DNA from: an uncultured Collinsella sp. | GTDB lineage: Bacteria; Actinomycetota; Coriobacteriia; Coriobacteriales; Coriobacteriaceae | Assembly (NCBI GenBank): GCA_902466285.1 | Contig: CABQQK010000001.1 | Coordinates: 31,702-95,701, forward strand | Reading direction: 5' to 3' | Length of the DNA stretch: 64,000 bases | In this document: one piece after another, positions 36,009 to 45,811 of the stretch | How the letters are laid out: each line of letters begins with the position of its first letter | How positions within the stretch are numbered: the stretch's first letter is position 1 | Made by a program: the position numbers and the translations under genes | Notes under the pieces: generated by a model | The model's database searches: none | What the model saw: only the letters and a program-made list of their open reading frames with translations | Told to the model about the DNA's origin: nothing

Positions 36009-38759
36009 GTGAGCGATTGCAAGAGGGTTTACCGTTTTGGAACCGACGCCCAGGGCACCTGTGTCACCGAGGGCGACAAGTCCATGAACTTCGTGCTTGG
36101 TGGCAAGGGCGCTAACCTTGCCGAGATGAGCCGTATCGGCCTGCCGGTTCCCGGTGGCTTTACCATTACCTGCCAGACTTGCGTTGAGTACTCCGGCGCC
36201 GGCAACGTGTGGCCGGAGGGCGCGCTCGACGAGATCGTTGCCGCCGAGGTCGACCTCGAGGCCCGCTGCGGCAAGAAGCTCGGCGATGCCTCCGATCCGC
36301 TGCTCGTGTCGGTCCGCTCGGGCGCTCCGTTCTCCATGCCCGGCATGATGGACACGGTTCTCAACCTGGGCCTCAACGACGATTCCGTCCAGGGCCTTAT
36401 CGCCCAGACGCAAAACCCGCGCTTTGCCTGGGATAGCTACCGCCGCTTTATCCAGATGTTCTCCAACGTCGTCATGGGTGTCGATGCCGACTTGTTCGAG
36501 AATGCCCTGACCCAGGCCCGCCTGGTCGCCGGCGTTCGCGTCGATTCCGAGCTTTCGGCCGAGGACCTGCAGGAACTCGTCGAGACCTTCAAGGGCATCT
36601 TCTCCGAGAACGTCGAGGCTGCCCTGTATCCCGAGCTCGAGGTCGCTGACGGCAAGCCCGTCTTCCCGCACGACCCGGAGCTTCAGCTGCGCTTTGCCAT
36701 CCAGGCCGTCTTTGGCAGCTGGATGAACGAGCGCGCCTGCATCTACCGCAAGCAGCATGGCATTTCCGACGAGCTCGGTACTGCCGTCAACGTCCAAGCC
36801 ATGGCCTTTGGCAACAAGGGGGAGACCTCTGCGACCGGCGTCGCCTTTACGCGCAATCCGGCCGACGGCACTAAGGAGTTCTACGGTGACTTTCTGGTCA
36901 ACGCCCAGGGCGAGGACGTCGTCGCCGGCATCCGCAACACCGAGCCCATCGCCGACCTCAAGACCACCCCAGGCCTCGAGTCCGCAGGTGAGGAGCTTGA
37001 GCGTGTCTTCCTGACGCTTGAGGACCACTATCGCGATATGTGCGATATCGAGTTCACCATCGAGCAGGGTAAGCTCTGGATGCTCCAGACCCGCGTGGGC
37101 AAGCGCACCGCCACCGCCGCCCTGCGCATCGCCATCGAGATGGTCGAGGAGGGCCTCATCACCCGCGAGGAGGCCGTGAGCCGCATCGACCCTGCACAGC
37201 TCGACCAGCTCCTGCACCCGCAGTTCGACGCCTCCAAGAAGTACGAGGCCCTGGCCAGCGGCCTTAACGCCAGCCCTGGTGCCGCCGTGGGCGAGGTCGT
37301 GTTCTCGAGTGATGACGCCGTCGCGCGCGCCAACGAGGGCCACAAGGTCATTCTGGTCCGCTGGGAGACCAACCCCGACGACCTGAAGGGCATGGTCGCC
37401 GCCGAGGGCATCCTGACCAGCCACGGTGGCAAGACGAGCCATGCCGCCGTTATCGCCCGCGGCATGGGTACGCCCTGCGTTTGCGGCGTTGAGCGCTTCC
37501 ACATTGACGCGGCAGAGAAGGTCGTGCGCATCGAGGGCAGCGACCGCGTGCTGCGCGAGGGCGATGTCATCTCCATCGACGGCACCCAGGGTATCGTCGT
37601 CGACGGCGCGGTTGACCTGGTCTCTGCAGAGCTCACCGGCGACCTGGACACCATCCTGTCTTGGGCCGATGAGATCCGTTTGGACGAGACCGACGGTCAC
37701 GCCAACCACGTGCGCGTCAACGCCGACAACCCCGAGGATGCCGAGCTCGCGCTCGAGTTTGGCGCCGAGGCCATCGGTCTATGCCGCACCGAGCACATGT
37801 TCCTGGGCGATCGCAAGAACATCATCCAGAGCTTTATCCTGTCTGACGATGAGGCCGTGAAGCAGCAGGCCCTGGCCGACTTGCTCAAGGTTCAGACCGA
37901 GGACTTCCTGGCGATGTTCAAGACCATGTCCGGTCGCGATGTGGTCGTCCGCCTGCTCGATCCGCCGCTTCATGAGTTCCTGGATAATCCTCGCGAGCTC
38001 GAGGTCGCCATCACCAAGAAGGAGGCCGCCGGCGCTCCCGAGGAGGAGCTCACTGCCCTGCGCGCCCGCCTGCGTCGCATCGACGGCATGGTCGAGTCCA
38101 ACCCCATGCTGGGCTTGCGCGGCGTGCGCCTGTCCGTCGTCTTTGGCGATCTGCCGCTCATGCAGGTTCGCGCCGTCGCCACGGCCGCTGCCCGCCTTAT
38201 CAAGGAGGGTGTCGACCCGCGCCCCGAGATCATGGTTCCGCTCGTTTCCATCACGGCCGAGCATGTCCAGACCCGCGAGGTCATTGAGCGCGTAATCGCC
38301 GAGGTTTCCGCCGAAGAGGGCGTCGGGCTCAATATTCCCGTGGGCACGATGCTCGAGCTGCCGCGTGCCTGCATGGTCGCTGACGAGATCGCCCATCATG
38401 CCGACTTCTTCTGCTTTGGCACCAACGACCTCACCCAGACGACCTTTGGCTTCTCGCGCGATGACGCCGAGGCCAAGTTCATCCCGCTGTACATGCATAA
38501 AAAGATCCTGAAAGACAACCCCTTCGAGACCATCGACGCGGCGGTGCTGGAGCTCGTGCGCCTGGCCGTCGAGAAGGGCCGCGCCACCAATCCCGACATG
38601 CACTTTGGCGTGTGCGGCGAGCACGGCGGCGACCCCAAGTCCATCAAGGGCCTGTTTAACGTGGCCGACGTGGACTACGTGTCCTGCTCGCCCTATCGCG
38701 TGCCCCTCGCGCGCCTGGCTGCCGCTCAGGCCAAGCTCGAGGCCAAGCGCAACGCCTAG
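36009..38759 (+). CDS. ppdK: Pyruvate, phosphate dikinase
   Basis: GTG start. The 916-aa ORF has an ATP-grasp N-terminus, a phosphohistidine domain GGKTSHAAVIARGMGTPCV and a PEP-utilising C-terminal TIM barrel (GICGE...). Confidence 0.9.
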   Translation: MSDCKRVYRFGTDAQGTCVTEGDKSMNFVLGGKGANLAEMSRIGLPVPGGFTITCQTCVEYSGAGNVWPEGALDEIVAAEVDLEARCGKKLGDASDPLLVSVRSGAPFSMPGMMDTVLNLGLNDDSVQGLIAQTQNPRFAWDSYRRFIQMFSNVVMGVDADLFENALTQARLVAGVRVDSELSAEDLQELVETFKGIFSENVEAALYPELEVADGKPVFPHDPELQLRFAIQAVFGSWMNERACIYRKQHGISDELGTAVNVQAMAFGNKGETSATGVAFTRNPADGTKEFYGDFLVNAQGEDVVAGIRNTEPIADLKTTPGLESAGEELERVFLTLEDHYRDMCDIEFTIEQGKLWMLQTRVGKRTATAALRIAIEMVEEGLITREEAVSRIDPAQLDQLLHPQFDASKKYEALASGLNASPGAAVGEVVFSSDDAVARANEGHKVILVRWETNPDDLKGMVAAEGILTSHGGKTSHAAVIARGMGTPCVCGVERFHIDAAEKVVRIEGSDRVLREGDVISIDGTQGIVVDGAVDLVSAELTGDLDTILSWADEIRLDETDGHANHVRVNADNPEDAELALEFGAEAIGLCRTEHMFLGDRKNIIQSFILSDDEAVKQQALADLLKVQTEDFLAMFKTMSGRDVVVRLLDPPLHEFLDNPRELEVAITKKEAAGAPEEELTALRARLRRIDGMVESNPMLGLRGVRLSVVFGDLPLMQVRAVATAAARLIKEGVDPRPEIMVPLVSITAEHVQTREVIERVIAEVSAEEGVGLNIPVGTMLELPRACMVADEIAHHADFFCFGTNDLTQTTFGFSRDDAEAKFIPLYMHKKILKDNPFETIDAAVLELVRLAVEKGRATNPDMHFGVCGEHGGDPKSIKGLFNVADVDYVSCSPYRVPLARLAAAQAKLEAKRNA

Positions 38760-38862
38760 CCCCCTGCGCATCGACGCCTAGCGTAGCGCCCCTTCATACC
38801 GCCCGTCTCATTCGTGAGGCGGGCGGTTATCATGTGCGGGTTTTGTCTTTTTGTCTGCGTAA

Positions 38863-38890
38863 AAAATTGTTCTTGCAGCAGAAACCCGCG
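38863..38890 (+). promoter_or_regulatory. Candidate promoter for the displaced rplS (TTGCAG-16 nt-TATACT)
   Basis: Hexamers spotted by eye ~80 nt upstream of the rplS start. A GC hairpin with a UUCG loop (~38803-38830) lies upstream and may terminate ppdK. Confidence 0.4.
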
Positions 38891-38969
38891 CGTGTATACT
38901 CGAATACGTTTGTTCAACTACGTGCCGGCCAAGGTGGTACGGCACCTCTAGAAGAGTAAGGAATTGCAC

Positions 38970-39311
38970 ATGGATTACATCCGCGCAATCGAGCGTCAGC
39001 AGATCCGCGAGGACATTCCTCAGGTTCGCGTCGCCGACAACGTCAAGGTTCACTACCGCATTAAGGAAGGCGACCGCGAGCGCATCCAGGTCTTCCAGGG
39101 TGACGTCATCCGCATGGCCGGCGCCGGTGCCCGCGAGACCTTCACCGTCCGCAAGATGTCCTTCGGTGTCGGTGTTGAGCGTACCTTCCCGCTTCACAGC
39201 CCCAAGATCGCCAAGCTCGAGGTCGTTCGTCATGGTCGCGTCCGTCGCGCCAAGCTGTACTACCTCCGCGACAAGGTGGGCAAGGCTGCTCGCATCCCCG
39301 AGAAGCGCTAA
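38970..39311 (+). CDS. rplS: 50S ribosomal protein L19
   Basis: [23 protein letters not shown]...[18 protein letters not shown] is canonical L19. ATG follows the SD AAGGA. Confidence 0.9.
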   Translation: MDYIRAIERQQIREDIPQVRVADNVKVHYRIKEGDRERIQVFQGDVIRMAGAGARETFTVRKMSFGVGVERTFPLHSPKIAKLEVVRHGRVRRAKLYYLRDKVGKAARIPEKR

Positions 39312-39404
39312 GAAGATCGCAGCGTCTGTCCACTCGTTTGGACACAAGGGTCACCTTCGGGTGGCCCTTCTTTTTATCTGATTTGCATGCAAGGAGGGCC
39401 TGGT

Positions 39405-40193
39405 ATGGCCAACATGACGAGCTCGGTTTCGGCATCGCAGGTTGCCGGTGAGTTGGCGAGCGCTACGTTTGAGGAGATTCCCGCCCTCGTGGAGCATTAT
39501 CGCGAGGACCCGCGCCAGCAGGTGATCAAGGCTTGTGAACGCGCCCTCAAACGCCATGCCAAAGAGCTTGCCGAGCGCGAGCGCGTCAATGACATGTACG
39601 AGCTTATGCATGAGCTTGGCGGCGATGGGGTGGTCGTTGGTGTCGACGAGGTGGGTCGCGGATCGGTGGCCGGTCCTTTGACGGTGTGCGCCGTCTGTCT
39701 TCCTATGGAGCCGCACGTTTGGGGTATCAACGATTCCAAAAAGCTCACGCCGGCGCGCCGCGAGTTGCTCTCAGTGAAGATTGCCGAGGTGGCGACGGCG
39801 ATCGGTTTTTGCCATATTGCGCCGAAGGATATCGATGAGATGGGCATGGCCCGTGCTATCCGTACCGCCGTTGCGGGCGCCGTGGCCGATACGGGACTTG
39901 AACCCGACTGCGTCCTCATGGATGGCAACCCCTTGGGCGCCGTTCCCAACGAGCGCGACGTGGTGAAGGGCGATGCCAAAATCGCCTGCATCGCCGCGGC
40001 GTCCATCATGGCCAAGGTCACGCGTGACGAGATGATGGTCGAGTACGACGCCGAGTACCCCGAGTATCATCTAGCCGAGTCGAAGGGCTACGCAAGCCCC
40101 GAGCACATCGAGGCGATTCGCAAACATGGACTTTGTCCGCTGCACCGCGTGAGCTTTTGCGGAAACTTTCTGCAGACTGAGCGCCTTTTCTAG
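39405..40193 (+). CDS. rnhB: Ribonuclease HII
   Basis: VGVDEVGRGSVAGPL (DEVGRG catalytic motif) and DSKKLTPARRE. ATG 39405 lies 7 nt after AAGGAGG. Confidence 0.85.
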   Translation: MANMTSSVSASQVAGELASATFEEIPALVEHYREDPRQQVIKACERALKRHAKELAERERVNDMYELMHELGGDGVVVGVDEVGRGSVAGPLTVCAVCLPMEPHVWGINDSKKLTPARRELLSVKIAEVATAIGFCHIAPKDIDEMGMARAIRTAVAGAVADTGLEPDCVLMDGNPLGAVPNERDVVKGDAKIACIAAASIMAKVTRDEMMVEYDAEYPEYHLAESKGYASPEHIEAIRKHGLCPLHRVSFCGNFLQTERLF

Positions 40194-40242
40194 GTCAATT
40201 GTGGAGACAGGGACCCCTGGCGTTTTATAAACCTGCTGGTAG

Positions 40243-40283
40243 CGGGCCGTGTGCAACGTGATTGTTGCGTACGGCCCGTTTTT
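40243..40283 (+). terminator. Hairpin plus T-run after rnhB (possible partial terminator or attenuator before yraN)
   Basis: GGGCCGTGTGCAACG-tgat-TGTTGCGTACGGCCC followed by GTTTTTTG. Confidence 0.4.
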
Positions 40284-40382
40284 TGTTGGCATTTGGTCAG
40301 CTTTTGGTTTGCTTCCGGTACTTACCCGCATGAAAGGTGCCCTCATCATCGGGGCAATGCAGTGTGCGGGAAAGGAGACCCC

Positions 40383-40868
40383 ATGAGTGCCGCAAGCAAA
40401 AAGAGCAAGACGCAGCAGCTCAAGGAGCGTTGGGAAAACGGCGATCTCGACTGCGGGGCGATGACGCCCGAGTTTATCAAGGGGCTCAGTCCCCGCGAGC
40501 TGGGCATGCTGGGCGAGCTGATCACCATCGACTACTTTAACGAGCGCGGCTACACCTTGCTGGAGCAGGGTTATCGTTGCACCGAGGGCGAGGCCGATCT
40601 GGTGCTGCTCGATGAGCTCGACGATGTGGTGGTGATGGCCGAGGTCAAGACCAGGCGGGTTGCGCTCGATTGCGACACGCGGGTGTTTCCCGAGGAGGCG
40701 GTGAACGCCCAAAAGCAACGCCGCTACCGCCGCATCGCAAGTTGCTACCTCATGGAGCATTATCCACTCAAGGCGATTCGCTTCGATGCCGTGGGCGTCA
40801 CCATCCGCGGCGGGCATATCGCCGAGATCGAGCATCAGTACAATGCGTTCGATTGGCAGGTGTCGTGA
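40383..40868 (+). CDS. yraN: YraN-family (UPF0102) putative endonuclease
   Basis: The 161-aa sequence from MSAASKK, with LVLLDELDDVVVMAEVKTRR (PD-(D/E)xK-like core), is typical of UPF0102. ATG follows the SD AAAGGAG. Confidence 0.75.
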   Translation: MSAASKKSKTQQLKERWENGDLDCGAMTPEFIKGLSPRELGMLGELITIDYFNERGYTLLEQGYRCTEGEADLVLLDELDDVVVMAEVKTRRVALDCDTRVFPEEAVNAQKQRRYRRIASCYLMEHYPLKAIRFDAVGVTIRGGHIAEIEHQYNAFDWQVS

Positions 40869-42391
40869 TGGCGTTCGAGACGTTTGCCGTTCACGCGGCC
40901 TGCATCCGCGGCGTCGAGGCGATTCCCGTCACGGTCGAGGTCTCGCTTGCCGGCGGCGTTCCGGGCATTCAGATGCTCGGCATTCCGAGTATGGAGGTGA
41001 TGGAGTCACGCGGTCGTATTCGCTGTGCGATGCGCTCCGCCGGGTTCGAGATCCCGCGCTCGGGCATTACGGTCAATCTGGCGCCCGGCGATATTCGCAA
41101 GACCGGTAGCGGCTTTGATCTGCCCATCGCCATCGCGGTATTGGCGGCCGATGGTCAGATTCCCCGCGACAACCTCGATCGTTGTCTTATCGCTGGTGAG
41201 CTTGGCTTGGACGGTACGGTCCTTCCTGTCAAGGGCGAGGTGGCGTTTCAGCTATTGGCGCGTGATATGGGGCTGTCCTTTATCGCTGGCAGGTCCGATC
41301 AGCATGTGCCGCTTGCGGGCGTGGATTGCGGCTTTATCGATCATCTGTCTCAGCTTGCTCATGGAATGGGCGATGCCGCGCGGCACTACTTGGATTCTGA
41401 GGGCGTCGAGGCGACCTTTGAGTCCGAGCTCGACTATGCCGACGTGCTGGGGCAGGAGGTTGCCAAACGCGGCATGGCGCTGGCGGCAGCGGGTGAGCTC
41501 GGTTTGCTTATGATCGGGTCCCCTGGATCGGGCAAGACGATGCTTGCGCGCCGTATGACCGGCATCCTGCCTGAGCTTTCCGTTGAGGATCAGCAGGAGG
41601 CACTGTGCATCCATTCGGTTTTGGGTGAGAACATTGATGGCTTGTTGGCGGGACACCGGCCCTTCCGCAGTCCCCACCACAGTATTTCGACCGCAGGCCT
41701 TATCGGCGGAGGACGCCCGGTGCATCCGGGTGAGATCAGCCTGGCTCATGGCGGCGTGCTCTTTTTGGACGAGCTTGCCGAGTTTCCCACGGGTGTGCTG
41801 CAGACGCTGCGTCAGCCCATCGAACGCGGCTATGTGAGGATTGTACGCGTCGACGGGGCCTTTACCTTTCCGTCGCGCTTTCAGCTCCTCGCTGCGAGCA
41901 ATCCCTGCCCCTGCGGCTTTTTGGGCGACCGTGAGGTGCCATGCCGCTGCTCGGCATCGATGGTGGAGCGCTATCGGGCAAAGTTGCGCGGTCCTTTGGC
42001 CGACCGTATCGACATGATGATCGATGTGACCCGTCCCGACCCCCAAGTGATTATCGAGGGCGCGGAGGGTATGTCGTCGGCCGAGTTGCGTGACTACGTT
42101 GTGCGCGGTCGCGCCTTTCGTGCCTGGCGCGAATCCCGTATGGACGATGTGGATGCCGAGGCCGAGGATGGCGAGACGCGGTCCATTGACGGCGTCGTTT
42201 CGACCTTTGAGCTCGATGCTGCGGCGGAGAAGTGTGTGCTCGGCCTGTCGAAGCGCACGCATCTCACGGGCCGCGGCATCGTGCGCCTGGTGCGTATCGC
42301 GCGTACCATCGCCGACGTCGCCGAGAGCGAGCAAGTGACGCAGGACCACGTGCTCGAGGCGGCGATGTACCAGGGAAGGAGGGACCAATGA
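40868..42391 (+). CDS. comM: YifB/ComM-family Mg-chelatase-like AAA+ ATPase
   Basis: Lon-like N-terminal domain, Walker A LLMIGSPGSGKTMLARR, HGGVLFLDELAEF sensor and a C-terminal Mg-chelatase domain. The start overlaps the yraN stop (ATGA). Confidence 0.85.
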   Translation: MAFETFAVHAACIRGVEAIPVTVEVSLAGGVPGIQMLGIPSMEVMESRGRIRCAMRSAGFEIPRSGITVNLAPGDIRKTGSGFDLPIAIAVLAADGQIPRDNLDRCLIAGELGLDGTVLPVKGEVAFQLLARDMGLSFIAGRSDQHVPLAGVDCGFIDHLSQLAHGMGDAARHYLDSEGVEATFESELDYADVLGQEVAKRGMALAAAGELGLLMIGSPGSGKTMLARRMTGILPELSVEDQQEALCIHSVLGENIDGLLAGHRPFRSPHHSISTAGLIGGGRPVHPGEISLAHGGVLFLDELAEFPTGVLQTLRQPIERGYVRIVRVDGAFTFPSRFQLLAASNPCPCGFLGDREVPCRCSASMVERYRAKLRGPLADRIDMMIDVTRPDPQVIIEGAEGMSSAELRDYVVRGRAFRAWRESRMDDVDAEAEDGETRSIDGVVSTFELDAAAEKCVLGLSKRTHLTGRGIVRLVRIARTIADVAESEQVTQDHVLEAAMYQGRRDQ

Positions 42392-43323
42392 TGGTCGAGG
42401 GGACCTTCGAGCTGCATCCAGGTGATGCGTTGTATCCCGAGACTGTTTTGGAGCTTTCTGATGTTCCCCAGACGCTCTATGTGCGCGGCAACCCCGAGGT
42501 GCTTTCGACGCCTGCGCTCTCCATCATCGGCGCGCGCAAGGCCTCGCCGTATGGTCTTGCCGTGGCAGAGCTTGCGGCAAAGGTGGCGGTCGAGGCGGGA
42601 GTGACGGTTGTTTCGGGCGGCGCGGTCGGTTGTGACCAGGCCTCGGGTTGGGCTGCGGTCAACGCCGGCGGCAAACACGTCGTGGTGCTGGGGACGGGTG
42701 CCGACGTGGTCTACCCGCGTTCGAGTGCGGGGCTTATTACGCGCACGCTCGATACGGGTGGCGCGGTCGTGTCGATATCCCCGTGGGGCATGGGTCCGCG
42801 CAAGTTTGCCTTTCCACGCCGCAATCGCGTGATCGCGGCACTGTCACAAGCCCTCTTTGTATCCGAGGCAGGTATGCCTTCCGGGACGTTTTCTACAGCC
42901 GAGGCTGCTATGGATTTGGGGCGCGAACTTCTTGCCGTGCCGGGGTCGATCCTATCGCCCGAGTCGCGTGGCACGAATTACCTCATTGCGAACGGGGCCT
43001 GCTGCATCATCGACGAGGAATCTATCGAGATGGCTATCTCACGCATCTACGGCACCCTGCGCTACTCGCGCCCCGATGCGCCCGGCATTGCCGACTTGGA
43101 TCCAACACAGCAGACCGTGATGCATGCGCTCATCGCCTCTCCGCTCAAGGTCGACGACATCGCGGCGCTTGTCTCGCTCGATGCCGTCGGAGTGCTCAAG
43201 CTCTTGGGTTCGCTTGAGCTCGAGGGGCTTATTGAGCGCATGATGGATGGAAGGTATGCGCCCTCCAAGTTTGCCCTTCACGCCCAGACACCCTTCGGTC
43301 ACAATGGAAAACGTGTCAATTAG
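42388..43323 (+). CDS. dprA: DNA processing protein DprA (Smf)
   Basis: Rossmann-like DprA core GARKASPYG...VVSGGAVGCDQASG...VLGTGADVVYP. The start overlaps the comM stop. Confidence 0.8.
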   Translation: MMVEGTFELHPGDALYPETVLELSDVPQTLYVRGNPEVLSTPALSIIGARKASPYGLAVAELAAKVAVEAGVTVVSGGAVGCDQASGWAAVNAGGKHVVVLGTGADVVYPRSSAGLITRTLDTGGAVVSISPWGMGPRKFAFPRRNRVIAALSQALFVSEAGMPSGTFSTAEAAMDLGRELLAVPGSILSPESRGTNYLIANGACCIIDEESIEMAISRIYGTLRYSRPDAPGIADLDPTQQTVMHALIASPLKVDDIAALVSLDAVGVLKLLGSLELEGLIERMMDGRYAPSKFALHAQTPFGHNGKRVN

Positions 43324-43331
43324 AAAGGTGT

Positions 43332-44675
43332 TTGCAGATGCTGTTTGATCAGGTGACGGTTATCGGTGGCGGTCTGGCGGGTTCGGAATGCGCGATCCAG
43401 CTGGCAGACCGCGGGTTTGCCGTAAAGCTGTGCGAGATGCGCCCCCAGGTGAGCTCCCCGGCCCACCATACCGATCAACTGGCAGAGCTCGTCTGCTCCA
43501 ATTCGTTTAAGTCGACCCGTCCGGATTCCGCGGCTGGTTTGCTGAAAGCTGAGCTTGAGCGCATGGGCTCGGTCCTGCTCGATTGCGCCCATCGCGCGGC
43601 TGTTCCCGCCGGTGGCGCCTTGGCGGTCGACCGCGTCAAGTTTTCCGAGCTTGTCGAGGCCGAGGTTGCCGCCCGTCCCAATATCGAGATCATTCATGGC
43701 GAGGTCACGCAGATTCCCGAGGGCCATGTGGTCATTGCCGCTGGCCCCTTGTGCTCGCCGGCACTGAGCGAAGAGGTCATGAAGCTCGTCGGTGGCGACG
43801 CCCTTGCGTTCTTCGATGCCGCGGCGCCGATCGTCGATGCCTCCACGCTCGATATGGACGTGCTGTTCTCGCAGTCGCGCTACGAGGAACAGGGGAGCGG
43901 CGACTATCTCAACGCTCCACTCAATAAGGAGGAGTACGAGGCTTTTATCGAGGCGCTTACCACGGCCGACCGCGTGGTGCTCAAGGACTTTGAGGGCGGC
44001 GATCTGTTCCAGGCATGCCAGCCTGCCGAGGAGGTTGCGCGCACCGGCAAGGACGCCATTCGCTTTGGCGCCATGAAGCCCGTCGGCCTCACCGACCCGC
44101 GTACCGGACGTCGCCCCTGGGCGGCGATTCAACTGCGTGCCGAGAACAAGGAGAAGACCGCCTATAACCTGGTGGGCTTCCAGACCAACCTGACCTTTGG
44201 CGAGCAGAAGCGCGTCTTCCATATGGTGCCGGGTCTGGAGAACGCCGAGTTCTTCCGCTACGGTGTCATGCACCGCAATACCTTTGTCGACGCCCCGCAC
44301 GTGCTCGATGGCACCTTTGCCGTACCCGGTACCGGCGTGCGCCTGGCCGGTCAGATCACCGGCACCGAGGGCTATATGGAGGCCGTGGCGACCGGTCTGC
44401 TCGCGGCGCTCAACACCTATGCCGAGGCTATCGGTGCCGCGGGCGTCGAGCTGCCGCGCGTGGGCGCCCTGGGCGCGCTCGTGGGCTATGCGACCGATCC
44501 GGCAACGGTGGGCTATCAGCCCATGCACGTCAACTTTGGCTTGGTGCCGCCGCTCGAGGACGGCATGCGCCGCAGTAAGCGCGACCGCTACCAGGCCTAT
44601 GCGGACCGTGCGCTCGAGGCCCTTGATGCCTATCTGGCCACTCGACCCGATCTGTTTGGAGGCGACCGGTCATAG
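43332..44675 (+). CDS. trmFO: Methylenetetrahydrofolate--tRNA-(uracil54-C5)-methyltransferase TrmFO (Gid)
   Basis: N-terminal FAD motif VIGGGLAGSECA and the TrmFO-conserved LVCSNSFKS. Confidence 0.85.
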   Translation: MQMLFDQVTVIGGGLAGSECAIQLADRGFAVKLCEMRPQVSSPAHHTDQLAELVCSNSFKSTRPDSAAGLLKAELERMGSVLLDCAHRAAVPAGGALAVDRVKFSELVEAEVAARPNIEIIHGEVTQIPEGHVVIAAGPLCSPALSEEVMKLVGGDALAFFDAAAPIVDASTLDMDVLFSQSRYEEQGSGDYLNAPLNKEEYEAFIEALTTADRVVLKDFEGGDLFQACQPAEEVARTGKDAIRFGAMKPVGLTDPRTGRRPWAAIQLRAENKEKTAYNLVGFQTNLTFGEQKRVFHMVPGLENAEFFRYGVMHRNTFVDAPHVLDGTFAVPGTGVRLAGQITGTEGYMEAVATGLLAALNTYAEAIGAAGVELPRVGALGALVGYATDPATVGYQPMHVNFGLVPPLEDGMRRSKRDRYQAYADRALEALDAYLATRPDLFGGDRS

Positions 44676-44749
44676 CCTTTGACCTGTACGACACCGTCGA
44701 CTCGTTTATCGCCTACATCGCACGTGTCGAGGGTCTTTCTCCCAACACG

Positions 44750-45592
44750 GTGACGGCCTATGGCTCGAGGCTGGAGCGCTTTGCTGCCTGGTGCGAGCGC
44801 GAGGATATCGATGCTTTCGCTGCCGACGTGCGCACCATTCGTCGCTATCTTGCCGAGCTTTCGCGTGAGCAGGTTGCTCCCCGAACGCTTGCGGCGCATC
44901 TGTCGGCTATCCGATCGCTCTATCGATGGATGGCTGCCGAGGGGGTCGTGGAGGGCGATGCGGTCTCGGCAATTTCCTCGCCCAAGCTCCCGCGCGATCT
45001 GCCCGGTGTGCTGACGAACCAACAGGTGGAGGCGCTCCTCAAAGCCCCCGATACCTCAACTCCCGCGGGACTGCGCGATGCGGCGATGCTCGAGCTGCTC
45101 TATGCCTCGGGTGCTCGTATCTCTGAGCTCGCAGCACTCAATGTGGAGTCCATCGCGTGGTCCGAACGCACGCTGCGCCTGTGGGGCAAGGGGAGCAAGG
45201 AACGTATCGTCCCTCTGTATCGTCGTGCGCTCGAGGCGACGCGTCTCTATATTGAGGAGGGGAGGCCGGAGTTGCTCGCTCGGGCAAAGCGCCGTGACCC
45301 CGCTACCGGGCCGCTTCCGCTGCTTATATCGGCGCGCGGCAATCGCATGAGCGCCGCCATGCTCAGGCGGCGGTTCCATACGCTGGCGACGCTCGCCGGC
45401 ATTCCGGCCGACATCGCCCCGCATGCGATGCGCCATACCTTTGCGACCGATTTGCTCGAGGGCGGTGCGGACCTGCGCTCGGTTCAAGAGCTGCTGGGTC
45501 ATGCGAGCCTGTCCACGACGCAGATCTACACGCATCTCACGCCCGATCGGCTTAAGCGGGCCGTGGCTCAAGCCCATCCCCGCGGCGAATAG
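44750..45592 (+). CDS. xerC: Tyrosine site-specific recombinase XerC (CodV-like)
   Basis: Catalytic R...HxxR...Y residues (ARISELAALNVE; HAMRHTFATDLL; TQIYTHL). The first canonical start is GTG 44750, but the conserved N-terminal helix is encoded in frame upstream of it (see findings). Confidence 0.8.
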   Translation: MTAYGSRLERFAAWCEREDIDAFAADVRTIRRYLAELSREQVAPRTLAAHLSAIRSLYRWMAAEGVVEGDAVSAISSPKLPRDLPGVLTNQQVEALLKAPDTSTPAGLRDAAMLELLYASGARISELAALNVESIAWSERTLRLWGKGSKERIVPLYRRALEATRLYIEEGRPELLARAKRRDPATGPLPLLISARGNRMSAAMLRRRFHTLATLAGIPADIAPHAMRHTFATDLLEGGADLRSVQELLGHASLSTTQIYTHLTPDRLKRAVAQAHPRGE

Positions 45593-45811
45593 TGGCTGGG
45601 ACGTCCTGCGCCGCACTCAGGTGTGTGGTTTTGATTGCGGGTTGGCAGGAAGATGCATTCCTGCTATCATTCATCGGGTTGCTTCACGGCAACAGGTTTT
45701 TATCACGCACGCGCGGCTACTTCATACCGTGGTGCCCGGGCTTTGGTAGCACATGTCCGGGTTGGTTTTGGAGGATGACCCCGCGCGGAGGCAAACCACA
45801 GGAGGTTTAAC

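Noticed and set aside
35967-37709. A 580-aa minus-strand ORF
   Set aside because: It is antisense to ppdK, and no independent evidence supports it.
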